Shown here piece by piece: positions 1 to 13,356 of a stretch of 64,000 bases of DNA. The DNA is from Octopus vulgaris (taxonomy: Eukaryota). Under the pieces are notes generated by a model. It did not search any database, was not told where the DNA came from, and saw only the letters and a list, made by a program, of their open reading frames with translations. A program made the position numbers and the translations under genes. The stretch is from contig OX597815.1 of NCBI GenBank assembly GCA_951406725.2, forward strand, positions 195,486,001 to 195,550,000. Direction: 5' to 3'. The stretch's first letter is position 1. Every line of letters begins with the position of its first letter.

Positions 1-1010
1 CTCACAATGAATTTAAATATGCAAAAATCATCTGAATGCGAGTAATGTTATTTATTACTTGTAACCGTATAGTGATTATTTTCATTGACGGTGTGGTGCC
101 ATAAAATCGATATCAATTTAATCATCCTTAGTGTATCAAAAATGATTTTATTATCTAACTTCAGATCACGAAGGCAATGTGAATCTCGATATTAGAAGTG
201 CTACTCTAATAAAATTGACATACTGCTTACATCTGCCGCTAGTTTCTTCCGAAGTTATCTCATTTCTATGGCAGACGAAATCAATATGCTATAATAGTTC
301 TCATATGCGAATGGGTTTTATAAATGTCTATGAATTCACTTCGTGTCAATTTGATAACATCTCCAAAATGTAAAATTAAAACTTGTTTCCTTGCATTGAT
401 ATTTGTAATAGTCCGAAGCTATTAATATATAAAGCTGTAATTAAGTAAATTAAAAATATAGTTGCTTTGTGGAAATAAACGTGCACTATTATTAGCAATA
501 CTTGAAAATACTTCGATATGAAAGTTGTGCTGATGAAAGATTAATTAATTTCAATTATGATAATGATGATTTTATACATTGAGCATAAGATCTCATGTAT
601 GAACGTGTGATACAAAAGAGTTACCGAAGTTTTAATGACGTACATGTATCTACATGTAAAACGATATATTAAAAATGGTTAAAATTGTGTAGGAGTTATA
701 ATAAGTAGAAATAAGCATAACACACACATTGAAGGGAGAGAAACTTCTATTTATACACGGGCAGGATTCCGGATAGTACTATTTACCCTCCGCTTATACT
801 TTAAAGCAGAGCATATACTCGTGTATTACCCATTTAGTAAAACCGGGGAGAGTTCTCAGTTATCTCTGCTGTAATGAGTTAACGCTCGATGAACCCCTGA
901 ATTCGTCGCCAACAAAATTGTTAATGTAGCGACGTCTCTTTCTTGACCGCATCCCTTCTCGCCTTGGATTTCTGGTTAGAATAATTGTAACTCCAGTTTA
1001 TTTAGATGGT

Positions 1011-1436
1011 ACTCTTTACTCTTTTCCTCTTTTACTTGTTTCAGTCATTTGACTGCGGCCATGCTGGAGCACCGCCTTTAGTCGAGCAAATCGACCCCGC
1101 GACTTATACTTTGTGAGCCCAGTACTCCATTCTATCAGGGTCTTTTGCCAAACCGCTAGGTGACGGGGACGTAAACACAAAACACACCAGCATCGGTTGT
1201 CTAGCAATGCTAGGGGGACAAATACAGATACACAAACACACACACACACACATATATATATACATATATACGACAGGCTTCTTTAAGTTTCCGTCTACCA
1301 AATCCACTCACAAGGCATTGGTCGGCCAGAGGCTATAGCAGAAGACACTTGCCGAAGGTGCCACGCAGTGGGACTGAACCCGGAACCATGTGGTTGATTA
1401 GCAAGCTACTTACCACACAGCCACTCCTGCGCCTAT
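1011..1436 (-). mobile_element. tRNA-derived SINE, family A (CORE-like; full length)
   Basis: The minus strand starts ATAGGCGCAGGAGTGGCTGTGTGG (A box) ... GGTTCAGTCCC (B box), then a CCTT(G/C)GGCAAG CORE-like motif, an internal (TA/TG)n tract and an AGTAAAAG-type tandem tail. About 10 near-identical copies occur in the window. Confidence 0.92.
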
Positions 1437-1913
1437 ACAACGACTAAAATTTTCATTTGCCTTCTGTTGAGTGAAAATCATGCCACCCAGTTTGCCGCCT
1501 CTTTTTTTGGAATGTTTCCCAGTCACTGTCTTCTTTTTATATTTTCTTATTCTAAGAAGTAGACGATTTTGGTGATGCTACAACTAACTGCCTTTACCCC
1601 ATTCAGAATTGGAGGAAGTACTATTTGCCCCTTGGTCATAGTCAGTCTTTAGTGCGGTTGTTGTAGAGGAAGTATCCATTTATTTAACTTCTTCTTTGGT
1701 ACTCTGCCATCGTGTTAGCCACAAGCATTCTTTTCTCCTCAAGATTATGATACCATTATTACTATTAAAACCTCTGCTGCTTTTGTAGATCTGTTTCTTA
1801 AATCTAACATCTGTCACCTTGTCTGTGAGACAGGCTAAGGTAATATTTAATAATGCAGGTTTCAAATGTAGGCTACCCTCCTTGAAGCACAACGTTAAGT
1901 AATTTACTCTTCT

Positions 1914-2135
1914 TATTTATCTATTGCCAACAAGGGGCTAAATATAGAGGGGACAAACAAGGACAGACAAAGAGATTAAGTCGATTACATCAACCCCAGT
2001 GCGTAACTGGTACGTATTTAATCGCCCCCGAAAGGATGAAAGGCAAAGTCGACCACGGCGGAATTTGAACTCAGAACGTAACGGCAGACGAAATACCGCT
2101 AAGCATTTCGCCCGGCGTGCTAACGTTTCTACCAG
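1914..2135 (-). mobile_element. tRNA-derived SINE, family B
   Basis: Matches the other family-B copies (GAGTTCAAATTCCGCC..GTCGACTTTGCCTTTCATCCTTTCGGGG). Flanked by the direct repeat ATTTACTCTTCT at 1902-1913 and 2138-2149 (target-site duplication, TSD). Confidence 0.9.
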
Positions 2136-2509
2136 TGATTTACTCTTCTATCCTTTCTGTAGGAGAGACTTTTCAGTATCGGTGTAACAGAACCTGATAG
2201 TTCAAGGCAAAGACAGCAAACTACATAATGCATATCACCTCCGGGATGCTAACACATTATGGGACAGTTAAAACGACAAGTCAACAATCTGTTCCCTTGC
2301 TAATATCTCCGGTGGGAGTCTTTGTATTCCAGGGGTTAATCTCAATAGGCGGGTCAAATTATGGTCACCGATTCCCAGTCGTAATTCTCATATAGAAATT
2401 GCTATTAATTTTAATCGGGTAGTTATTCTTTCTCTTTCACTCGTCCATTTATATAATTGTCTTCGTTGCTTTTGAATTAATGAGAAGAAATATAATTTTC
2501 ATCTCGAAT

Positions 2510-2713
2510 GTGAACGAATTTAGATTGTCATGTACAAATAGTCTTGTTTTTTTTTTTCCTGAGTTTTTCTCTGCCTGTTTGGAAACATAATCAGAGTTTC
2601 TATTATCGATGCGACGGATGTCCTCTTTGTTTCCACAGCATTCATGTCTCTAAAACGCTTCAGAATGTGTTACACACCGACAAGACTTTCGGTGATGCAG
2701 CTTTGGAGGGACA
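2510..2713. repeat. Dispersed ~200-bp repeat, second copy at ~7583-7782
   Basis: Both loci share ..GATTGT(C/A)ATGTACAAATAGTCTTG..CATAATCAGAG..CGCTTCAGAATGTGT..GACAAGACTT..GGTGATGCAGCTTTGGAGGGACA. Confidence 0.75.
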
Positions 2714-4727
2714 GTGTTATTTTATTTTATTCGGTTTCGTATAGCTGTAAGTTATGTTTTCTTCCGTCCCGGTTTTGTGCAACGACTAACGCACAATGAC
2801 AAAAATGATCTTATATTGACTGGAAGGAGAACGTCACATGAAACTGAATGCTAGACTGTAAAGATTAGTCATGAGAGGAACCCATTGCATGTTAAATTTC
2901 CTGCTTTGTGTGTGGATCAATTTGTGATAGTTAACTTCAAGACATATCATATTGGAATAACTTTAAAACCTAATTATTGGGGATGGTGCTTCTACAACTG
3001 ACGCCATATAGATATACGCAGATGCAGCATAGGAAACTAAATGGGAATGGATTAAAAAGATGTCATAATACGAACCGATTTTCTACCCCACTGCTTCAGA
3101 ATTAGACTTGAGCAAATGTCCTTACCATCCTATTACGTTTCATGATATGATAGAGGAGTTATGGAATATGCATGTTGAGAGATACAGTACAGATACGGAC
3201 GTGCGTCTATCATGCCTGTAAATGTAAAACTAATCGGCTTTTTTATGCACGTTATCAGGCAGCTTGGGAATGATTATATCGAAGAGGCAAGAGTGTCAGC
3301 AATGATCAATCTCTGATAATATACTACTGCCTGGAGTATGTTTCAATGCCTATCGCTTTATCAAACCATACATAATTCAGGGCAAAATTTAATAAGAGGA
3401 CGAACTTAGCAAGTAAAGTAAAAGTACTATACACTATAATATCTGTGATATAGTGAGTAAAAAGAAAGAACTATATGAGCATCACTCAGCAGTTGATAGT
3501 TTGCAGCCATATTCGTCTACATATTCAAAACACGTAGGATGATTTGAATTTAAAGTTATATATAAGTCTGTGTTGTATTGTTAAAAAGATTAACCATGAA
3601 CTGATCTCTGGTAACTTGTAGTGTCCAATAATCATTCTTATGCATTGTTCTACTGTTCCTATCGAGAAATTGGTAGAAATTATCACCATCCAGAACAAAA
3701 CCCCAGACGTGTGACATAATCAGTTCATACGTAATAACTACGCCAGAAAGTATATGTGGTTTCTCCAGTTGCATCACCTTTACTGCGCATGTATCTGTAT
3801 GCATTATGTACTTTAGGAACTAGCCGTATATCTTTACATTCTGAATATAGCAGAACAACACCCCTTTAATTACAACTTAGTATTAAATTTAATAACGAAA
3901 TTGTCAAACATAACGTCCCTGATATGCTTATGTAAGAAGCAAAAAACAATTTGGCCATTCTCCGAATCTATTTGTTCTTCGACTTACTATATTAGAGCTG
4001 ATCACGTGTTAAACACTATTAACAGCAGACCTATACGCAGAAACCAATTAGAAGAAGAGCTAGCTTATTTTGAAAAATTACAGCAGTCACTTAGAGAAAC
4101 CTATGTACATAAAAGAGAATAATTATATTATTTTTACATTCACCATTATTGCATGATAAATATCATTCCAGAGAAGAAATAAATTACCATACTAATAAGT
4201 ACGTTGAAATAATTACTATTTCAAATAACTATATGGTTAAAGTTCGCAATGTTTTCAATAAATAAAACGCTTCTTTTTTCTCCTATTCACACACACACAC
4301 ATACATATATTCCTCTCATTTTATCATTGTTGAAATATAAGTGTCTCAATACATGCTGTTCGTATATGTAATTACTAACGACGTTTCAAATTACATTACA
4401 ACAAAAGAAACATCAGAAATATTCTGACACTTAAAAGAATTATTTCTGTTATTTGTTCCTGCTCTTTGCCTTCTGTGTTCAAATTCTATCTTTGTCATCT
4501 TTGCCATTTGAGGCGATACATTACGCTACGACGCCAGTAATGAGGTCGATTTAGTCGCGTAACACAAGCACCACACATCCCTCGCTTTGTGCCCATGTTG
4601 AAAATGATTATTTTTGGCTAAGTTTATTTCTACAGATAATCTACGGAAAGTGCAGCCAACTCAGACTTTTGGTATTACGTTTTGTATATACACGTCAGAT
4701 GTCAACAATCAATGAAATTGAAGATGG

Positions 4728-4791
4728 CAAATGGATAATTGGCATATATGCCACATTTCGAGGGGCTTGCCTCTTCATCAGCATCCATCTA
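4728..4791 (-). ncRNA. Degenerate type-I hammerhead-like motif
   Basis: Minus strand: AGAUGGAUG-CUGAUGA-AGAGG CAAGCC CCUC-GAAA-UGUGGCAUAUAUGCCA AUU AUCCAUUU. The core and helices are recognisable, but the register at the cleavage site is imperfect. Confidence 0.45.
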
Positions 4792-4852
4792 ACCCATTAA
4801 TCATCCTCGAACACATTGCTTAACTCTCCCAATCTATCTATCTATCTATCTG

Positions 4853-4925
<73 letters not shown>

Positions 4926-5088
4926 ATATATATAATGGTTTAGCAAAAAGTTGCTTCCCAACATACAGGAAATTTAGAAATAGCAGTCAAAACCGCTAAT
5001 TCTTTTAACTACAATATAACTCCATGGACAGCAATAGTCGTAACTCACAAAAAAAAAAAAAATAATGAAATCAACCAATCAACGATTA

Positions 5089-5145
5089 ATCATGTACGCG
5101 TTTCGGGATCAAAATTATAAAGTTCATTTCCTTCATCAGCATGAT
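5089..5145 (-). ncRNA. Minimal type-I hammerhead ribozyme (PLE-type), intact core
   Basis: Minus strand: AUCAUG-CUGAUGA-AGGA(20-nt loop)UCCC-GAAA-CGCG-UA-CAUGAU. Helix I is a perfect 6 bp, helix III is the palindrome ACGCGU, and the cleavage triplet is GUA. Confidence 0.8.
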
Positions 5146-6439
5146 ATTTCAAGATTATAAGTTTTTACCGTATAATGTTTTTACCGATGATGGGGTTTTT
5201 TTCCACACCGAAGCTACTTGGTAAAATTTGTTAATTATTAAATTAATAATTTTTTACCCTATATCTATAATGATATACATATATATAGATATATATAGCG
5301 GTGTAAAGTTATTGGACATACTAATTTACATATTAATCGCACTATTGTTCTACTTTTATAAGCTCTTGGTTCTGTATCCAATTTAATAATGATTCCTATC
5401 GAACAAGAACCTAGTATCAAGGATGAGGAGAAATATGTTCCTTTCTACATAACTATATATATATTTTTTACTTTTCATAACTTTGTCATATTGTATAGAA
5501 GTAGTGACCTGATAATTCTTAATAAATAGTAAATACTTTGACGGCAGTGCATCCATTCCTGGATAAACTATTTATAAGAGATTTGCTCTCAAAATCTTCA
5601 CCGGATCTCCTAATATTCCAATGATTATTGTTTGGATTAACCTACTTTCTCAAGTATCTGATGGCTTCACATTCTATATTGGTAAGGTTCTTTAACTTGC
5701 TTTTCTTTATTTATTATTTTGGGAAACAACTGATAATGCCATATCAACTGGATGATACAGATTCTTTTTCTAAGTTACTACAATAACCAGCATGCTGTCA
5801 TATAGTCGCAGTTTGCATTTTATAGGTCATTCTCAAACCAACGCCACATCATCGTTTGAAGGAGGTTTATTTCTATTTCTAATAAATAGACCTCTCTCTT
5901 TTCTGGTGACGGAAATATTTTTCAACTCTTCTACACGCTTTTTATTCATTCTGAGCTGATTGCCGGCATTGGGATAAAATGTCAGCTACAGCCTCCTCTG
6001 TATTACTTCATATTCAACTTCGATTTTGAGAGTGTTATTCGAAGAACATATTTCCTATTTAGGTCTTTTGATATTAAGTATTTCCAAGATTATTTATTGG
6101 TCTCCTACAACCATGATTTTCTATTAACATCATCATGTAGATGAATTCCATTATTTTTCTGTTTCTTCTCATATTCATCTTCTTCATAGCATATTTCACT
6201 ATCCCATATCTTATTCCAGTGTCACCACGAGATATTGTGATCTGGAATCCGGTTGATAACCGTGTTCGCCATAAAGATTTAATTCCTGCTAAAACAGATG
6301 ATTCGCTTTCCCCGGCTGTTATGTTGTAACTATCCATCTAGAGCTTTGTGTCGTATAATCGACAAAGAGACCAGTGTGACTTAAGAGTGGGTGTGAGGCT
6401 GCATTTTAAGCAGATTCCTTTTCTAATCTGTGAATCAAA

Positions 6440-7150
6440 TTGTTTCCCCTTCATATTTTGACTTTACTGTCAAATGACCCACTTCCGTAATTTTGAGTGG
6501 ATTTTCTACATAACTTATACACATAACTTAAAATGTAGACAGAATTACCAGTTCCTTGTCGCTATCATATTTTCAACTCATTATATAAACTTTTGGCTTT
6601 CACTTATCATCACAGAGGATGCATGGAAAAATCCTAGCATTCATGGGTCTTGCCCCACATTTCCTGGTCACTTAAATCATTTGTCAAAATTTGACAAATT
6701 CCCTCCACCCGTTCCTTAGAGATTGTTGTTTCAATTTCGTACCTTAATCCGTTGGTTGTTACAATTATGATTATCCTTGCCTATGATTGTATCGAAATGT
6801 CGACTTCTTTGCCAGGTCCAGCGTTTTACCTTTCGATATATACGAGCACCCTTCAAACATTTCTTGAACGTAACAATGAGCTTAGTTGCTCTTTCTTTCA
6901 AACACACCTCAGTATTTCGCTCCTCTCCTCTTTCTTTCGTATTACAGGAAAACCTTTCCTTAATCTACCAATTGTTCTGTCTCTTATACACTCTTCTCCT
7001 CCTCTTCCCACTCGCTTGTTTTTCTTCTTAAATTATTCTTACTCCATTAGATTACACATTATCGTCCCTCTGACTCTATTACCACTTCCCGTTAATTCAG
7101 AGCTGCTTCACTCTAACAACAGCTATATCATTTATCGACACCTAACGTCT
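6440..7150 (-). pseudogene. Heavily decayed Penelope-like element, probable GIY-YIG endonuclease region
   Basis: Frameshifted minus-strand remnants suggest a Cys-rich linker followed by a YVG-like/LR..R GIY-YIG motif. Lies upstream, on the same strand, of the HHR at 5089-5145. Confidence 0.3.
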
Positions 7151-7916
7151 AATAAAATCTAGATCTGTTTGATTGAGCTTGCACGTTTTGAGGCATAAGT
7201 ACGTAGCATTCACGTCGAATCACAAGTTGGAATCATAACCGGAAAAATGATATACGGATGGTGTTCATGAGCACAGCGCTGAAATTTTGCATGCATGTCT
7301 CGACAAAACAATCCTTTCTTCAGGAGCTACATGAGAAAAAAAGTTAGGCCTATACCTAAAGAAGCAACATATTAATATCTGGAGTCATATCTGTGGAAAT
7401 AAAAGAGTAAAGTCGCACATTTGTATATTTCGCAATGAAAAAGAAATTTAAAACTATAGTGACTTAACAGCCTATGGGTATTTTCTACGTTGATAACCGA
7501 GTGAAGTAATTTGTAAAGGGAAATTAATGCTGGATATGCCATTGGTTTGAAGGAGACAAGGCAATCAAAAGTCACCTGAGTCTGAACGAATATAGATTGT
7601 AATGTACAAATAGTCTTGTCTTTCTTCTGAGTTTCGCTCTGGGTGTTCGCGAACATAATCAGAGATTCCAGTATCGATGTGTGGGATTTTCTCTCTGGTT
7701 CCCTAGCATCTATGTCTCTAAAAACGCTTCAGAATGTGTCGCACACAGACAAGACTTAGGGTGATGCAGCTTTGGAGGGACATGCCGTAGCTTTAAATAC
7801 TGATCGATATGTCTTCATGTTTCGCTCCAGCCTTTTTTCCAGAATTAGACGGATATGGCGTTAGATCACTGCATGTATACTTTCAACAAACCAGGATAAT
7901 ACGCCATACTGTAAGA

Positions 7917-8135
7917 CAGTGGTTTTCAACCAGGGTTCCGCTGAACCTTAGGGTTCCGCCAGTACAGTCCAGGGGTTCCGCAAGAAGTTACAAAAATGCT
8001 AAAATCGACAGTAATTTTTTATTCTCCTATGCAGATATGTGTGCATAAGACAATTAAATTATTGCACAGGGGTTCCTCGAGCCAGTGGAATGTTTCCTTG
8101 GGGTTCCGCTCCAGCAAAAAGTTTGAAAAGGACTG
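7917..8135. mobile_element. hAT (Charlie-like) MITE
   Basis: Ends CAGTGGTTTTCAAC / TTTGAAAAGGACTG, subterminal GGGTTCCG repeats, and an 8-bp TSD CTGTAAGA (7909-7916) / TTGTAAGA (8136-8143). Confidence 0.85.
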
Positions 8136-8442
8136 TTGTAAGATACACATTGGTTTTTTTTCAACCTCCATTAATTCAGAGTTTTTTCTAAACATAGCTT
8201 ATTGAGTAGGTACGAGGCCATACAATATGTATTTATATTGATGAGACTTAATTAAAAGATTTGAATCTGCATTTTCATGTTGCTCGAATCTTAATTCTTT
8301 GCTAAACAAGGAAAGGTTTGGGGTGGAAATATATTCAAGGCATGTTTTTTTTCTTTTATAATGAATATATAATGTTGCAGCAATGGTTATCGTTGCATTA
8401 ATTTTAAATCATCTTACTTTGAAAACTAAATATATATATTTA

Positions 8443-8878
8443 TTCTCTTTTCTCTTTTCTCTTTTACTTGTTTCAGTCATTTGACTGCGGCCATGCTGGA
8501 GCACCGCCTTTAATCGAGCAACTCGACTCCGGGACTTATTCTTTTGTAAGCCCAGTACTTATTTTATCGGTCTCTTTTGCCGAAACGCTAAGAAACGGGG
8601 ACATAAATACACCAGCATCGGTTGTCAAGCGATGCTGGGGGGGACAAACGCAGACACACAAACACAGACACACACACGCATATATATATGTATATATATA
8701 TATACATATATACGACGGGCTTCTTTCAGTTTCCGTCTACCAAATCCATTCACAAGGCTTTGGTCGGCCCAAGGCTATAGTAGAAGAAACTTGCCGAAGG
8801 TGCCACGCAGTGGGACTGAACCCGGAACCATGTGGTTGGTAAAGAAGCTACTTACCACACAGCCACTCCTGCGCCTAT
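8443..8878 (-). mobile_element. SINE family A, full length
   Basis: Colinear with the 1011-1436 copy. Confidence 0.92.
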
Positions 8879-9649
8879 GTGTAAGTTTTTATGATATAGA
8901 TAACTACTTTAAGAGAAAGCTCGAACAAATATCAGTATTCGATACTGCAGTGAAAAACTAGAAAATTGATTCACACAGAATAACATTTGTATTCAAAAGG
9001 AAATATACTTTATTGCACAGGAACATACTTTTTATTATTTAAAATTAATCTCTAATTGCAAAGTAATTAGTAAAAATATCATTAGATAACATTTGAAATT
9101 ATTATCGCGTCTCTATCTGGCACAGACTATTTCATTTTGCTTTTATATTCAACATTACAAGCTATTAATTATTTCACTCGCTGCTTCAAACATTTCCCTA
9201 TTTATACCGAGCGGTAACTTATCAAGTTTTGCGTGGCATTCGAGGTAGTGTAAGAGCACCACTCGATTGCGATATGCTATAGAAAGGTGCTTAGGTGGTC
9301 ATATATATATATGTGTGTGTGCGTATGCATGTATGTGTGCGTGTTTGTATGTATATGTGTGTCGTCTATAGGTTCTTTATCGATGCATAATTTTTGGTCA
9401 CTCAATGATCGACCATACAATTAATTTCTATAAATATACGTACACACACAGACTCACACACACACACTCACACACACATACACATATATATATACATATA
9501 TATAATAGACATGACAGAAATAAGTAGACACACTTATAATCACTAAAATCTATTTAAATCTGAAATTCAAACTATTTATTAATTGTTATAATATGAATAT
9601 TTAGTATTTAGTTGACATGTTCTTTTCATTTTCCAAGGCAAGGACCTAA

Positions 9650-10455
9650 AATTAACTTATCAATGGAAATGGACAACAAAACCAAGGCAAAACTCAGATC
9701 ATTTAGAATATTTAATTACAGTAAGGTGAATCAAAAATGGAAAAGTAGAAAATAATTAATGTCTTACAGCTGTTAATATATGAACCAATCCCCAAATACT
9801 ACCCTTGAATGATGCCCGTCTCTTACCTTTTATCTCTATCTATATAATTATTTTAAATTTTAGTCTTAATTTTCGCTCTCATATTTTTTTTATTTCCACT
9901 ACCTATCCTCCTCCTTTCTTTTCTCTCTTCTATTCACTAACAACCCCCCACCCTCTCACTGATCTATCTGTCTATTATGATTGTTTAGTTCTCTCACATT
10001 ATAAGCCCACGCGGACCATTTTTCTCACAAGCTTATCACTTAATCTATTCCTTATATTCTGAATTCAGCATTCAAAATACAGCCTAGATTTTGGGATTAT
10101 ACTTAAGGGAGTATACCTTCACGTGAGTAAGGGACCAACTTCCATACCCTTTGGGACAAAATGAGCAGTGAACTTTATTTTCCTGGCTTTATTCTCCTCT
10201 CTACCCTTTTATTCTTTTATGCACTGTGAATTCTCTGTCTGGAACTTTCCTACGAACACACCTTGTCTCCGAAGAAGGAATACCCAGTGTATGGAGATGA
10301 TCTTCCCTCACCTGGGATATCCCGGATACAGCTGTAAGACGTTAATTACTTCTACTTCTCAATTTTTGATTTACCTTACCCAAAATAAATATTCTAAATA
10401 ACTTGAGATATTCGTTCTTCCTTGCTTTTGTTGTCCATTTCTCTTATCAGATAGC
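9650..10455 (+). mobile_element. PLE terminal-repeat (pLTR) remnant with an inverted partial copy
   Basis: 9655-9774 is an inverted, diverged copy of 10328-10450. The element contains a degenerate HHR at 10265-10340 (GUCU-CCGAAGA-..long helix II..-GAUA-CAGCUG-UA-AGAC). Confidence 0.65.
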
Positions 10456-10593
10456 TGCCTACTCGGAGGCCTACCATGGATCCCTAGCTCCAGCCTCCGT
10501 TGTGTCCTTAGAACCTAAACTATGACCAATTGTGAGCACTTACGCAGCATAACCATTGGTTTAAATAATCAGTGAACGAAACCCCTCATGCTC

Positions 10594-10660
<67 letters not shown>

Positions 10661-11192
10661 ATTCATGCATTGATTGTACATGTACGAATCTCGATTATTT
10701 TAATCTTCTCAGAATCACAAAGGAGAAAGCTGACATGAAGACTACACTTTCAAGTCATCACTGAAACTATACAAATTTGTAAAATTTCCCATAAATTTAT
10801 CATATAAATTTACATTTGCATGTCTAGACATGCAACTGTATACATGAGAATGGACGCTTAAAACAGACATTTACACATGGAATGACTTCAGATATTGCGC
10901 ATATACACATATACATGCAAACTTTGCCTGTTGATGTCGTTGAAGCTACGAGGAAGGAGTCTTGGCTCTAGATTAGAAACCGCATTTTTTCTCCATTGAT
11001 AAGAATTTTTTTAATAAAGCTGAATAATTACCTACACAAACTACCAGTATCACTCTTCCTGAATGAAGCTAATCGTACTGTGCCAGGAATATTTTAAAAT
11101 AACGGTAACATCAAAAATTTATTACATTATTACATTATATGACAATTGTGTTTAAGACACTTTCCAATAATAAAAAAGTAAAACCAAAAGCA

Positions 11193-11237
<45 letters not shown>

Positions 11238-11664
11238 TACTATATAAATGAAGATTTGTAGCAGTCTAGCAAAATAATGATCAAAGATGTAGGTAAATAT
11301 ATTGGATGTATTGATTTATTCAATTATTTCCTCGTATTTGCAATTTAGAGAACTGAAATATATTTTAACTGAAAGCGAAATAAATTATGTAACAAATTTA
11401 TATTTAGTACTGTAGTCATTATATTTTCCTTAATTACATTTTATTAATTTTGCTTTAAAAAGATTTCAGGTTTTAAGAAATATTGATTTATTCGTATGTT
11501 CTTATCTTATTAGCATCCAGTTTTTACGTATGTACATATTTATGTCATTTTACGAGATTAAGATAAATAGATTGCTATAATGTTGTATAAGAATAATTAA
11601 TTTGATATTTATACATTTCATTTAATGTCGTTACTGAACAAGATTTCAGTCATGAATATTATCC

Positions 11665-11691
<27 letters not shown>

Positions 11692-11699
<8 letters not shown>

Positions 11700-11998
11700 T
11701 TAGAGACAAAACCACTATTTTGCAAAACAAACAAGGAATTTTAATAAAAAGTAAAAAAAAACGCCACTACAATTGTTTCTTGTCCTGATCGACAATCTTC
11801 AGGTGGATTTCCAATTTTCAAGTCAGTTTCAAATTTTATTAAAATTTTATGTATTGATTAAGTCTTTCCTTGTTTGTTTTGCAAAATAGTGGTTTTGTCT
11901 CTAATTAATATTATATATATATTTTACTACAAAATTGGATTTAATCCTAAATCTGATTTTTTTTCCCTGTAAATTTGGATTTATTCCCTAATATTTAT

Positions 11999-12001
<3 letters not shown>
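11692..12001. mobile_element. Short PLE-derived element with inverted arms, between two (TA)n arrays
   Basis: 11692-11739 and 11866-11913 are reverse complements. Homologous to 37630-37855 and 62131-62285. Confidence 0.75.
11764..11806 (-). ncRNA. Minimal type-I hammerhead ribozyme, intact core
   Basis: Minus strand: CCAC-CUGAAGA-UUGUC GAUCAG GACAA-GAAA-CAAUUG-UA-GUGG. Confidence 0.78.
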
Positions 12002-12038
<37 letters not shown>

Positions 12039-12142
12039 ATAGTAATGGTAAGACACCAAAAGACTGAAAGAGACCTCGAAATTTTATAGAAATAGAGGAA
12101 TTTCTCTGTAATATAATATGTAGCAATTATACTGTTGCCATA

Positions 12143-12234
12143 ATAAACCTCCGAGTTTCGCATGTCGGGGTGGAAACCCGCATATTTTGATTGCCTCGAT
12201 AACGGAAGCGATGCCGGGGCATCTCTTCAGTCAT
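12143..12234 (-). ncRNA. Degenerate hammerhead-like motif
   Basis: Minus strand: AUGA-CUGAAGA-GAUGCCCCGG...CCCGACAUGC-GAAA-CUCGGAG-GU-UUAU. U16.1 appears replaced by G. Related in layout to 51833-51894. Confidence 0.45.
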
Positions 12235-12946
12235 ATCTGTATACGAAGGATATCTAAAGATATCCAGTTCACAGATATAGACAAGGAACGCCTCAAATTG
12301 CAAGGACCGTTCGTCGCTCTAAGTAATCCTTTGAGGTAAACGTAGTAGGGGTTGCAGAATTCCAGGGCATTGCATGCAGAGCAATAGTTAATCGAAAATT
12401 TGTGCGTTTTTATACATATCAGGATCAAGCATAAACTTTGGATTTGAAATGTTAGAATATTAAGGTATGTGAAATTAAGGATTATATCACGCTTCACATT
12501 CTATAAAAGATATCCTTCAAATTTTATATACTTTCTGCTTTGAAGCATAATAGCAAAATCCCATTGTTCGATAATCAAAATTTAAATACTATATCATGTA
12601 TGTGACATATAAAGCAGAATAATATTCTCACTAATATTTATCACAAGTCAATGCAAGCTACGTTATATTTCTCAAAATTATGTTAGATGTGAGCGCATTC
12701 AAAGTTCAGATCAAGTACGTCGACAACACCATACTCCACAATAACAAGAGGCAGCAATATTTTATTTCTTCCAATCTTTATAATTTACGAAACGTTACAT
12801 ACAAAACGTCATATGTTATACAGATATATAAACACACACACAAACACGCACACTCACACAACCCACAACACACATACATATATGCATACATAGATACATA
12901 CATGCATATATATGTATATATGTGTATGTATATATATATGTTATAT

Positions 12947-13117
12947 ATGCTGGAGCACAGCCTTTTGTCGAGCAAATCGATCCCGGGACTTATTCTTTGT
13001 AAGTCCAGTACTTATTCTATCGGTCTCTTGCTGAACCGGTAAGTGACGAGGACGTAAACACACCAGCATCGGTTGTCAAGTGATGTTGGGGAGACAAACA
13101 CAGACACGCATACATAT

Positions 13118-13153
<36 letters not shown>

Positions 13154-13323
13154 ATATATACGACAGGCTTCTTCCAGTTTCTATCTACCAAATCCATTCA
13201 CAAGGCATGGGTCGGCCCGGGGGTATAGCAGAAGACACTTGCCCAAGATGCTACGCAGTAGGACTGAACCCGGAACAATGTGGTTGGTAAGCAAGCTACT
13301 TACCACACAGCCACTCCTACGCC

Positions 13324-13326
<3 letters not shown>
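12947..13326 (-). mobile_element. SINE family A, tail truncated
   Basis: Colinear with other family-A copies but lacks the terminal tail. Confidence 0.9.

Positions 13327-13356
<30 letters not shown>

Noticed and set aside
1340-1436. tRNA-like heads of the SINEs as tRNA genes
   Set aside because: A and B boxes are present, but there is no complete cloverleaf and they run straight into SINE bodies.
3556-3804. Protein-like 82-aa minus-strand ORF
   Set aside because: No recognisable domain and no clear splice sites, so a CDS call is unsupported.
8468-8961. Recurrent ORFs ending ..CHAVGLNPEPCGW or ..GTEPGTMWLV..
   Set aside because: These are antisense readings of SINE family A copies, not a protein family.
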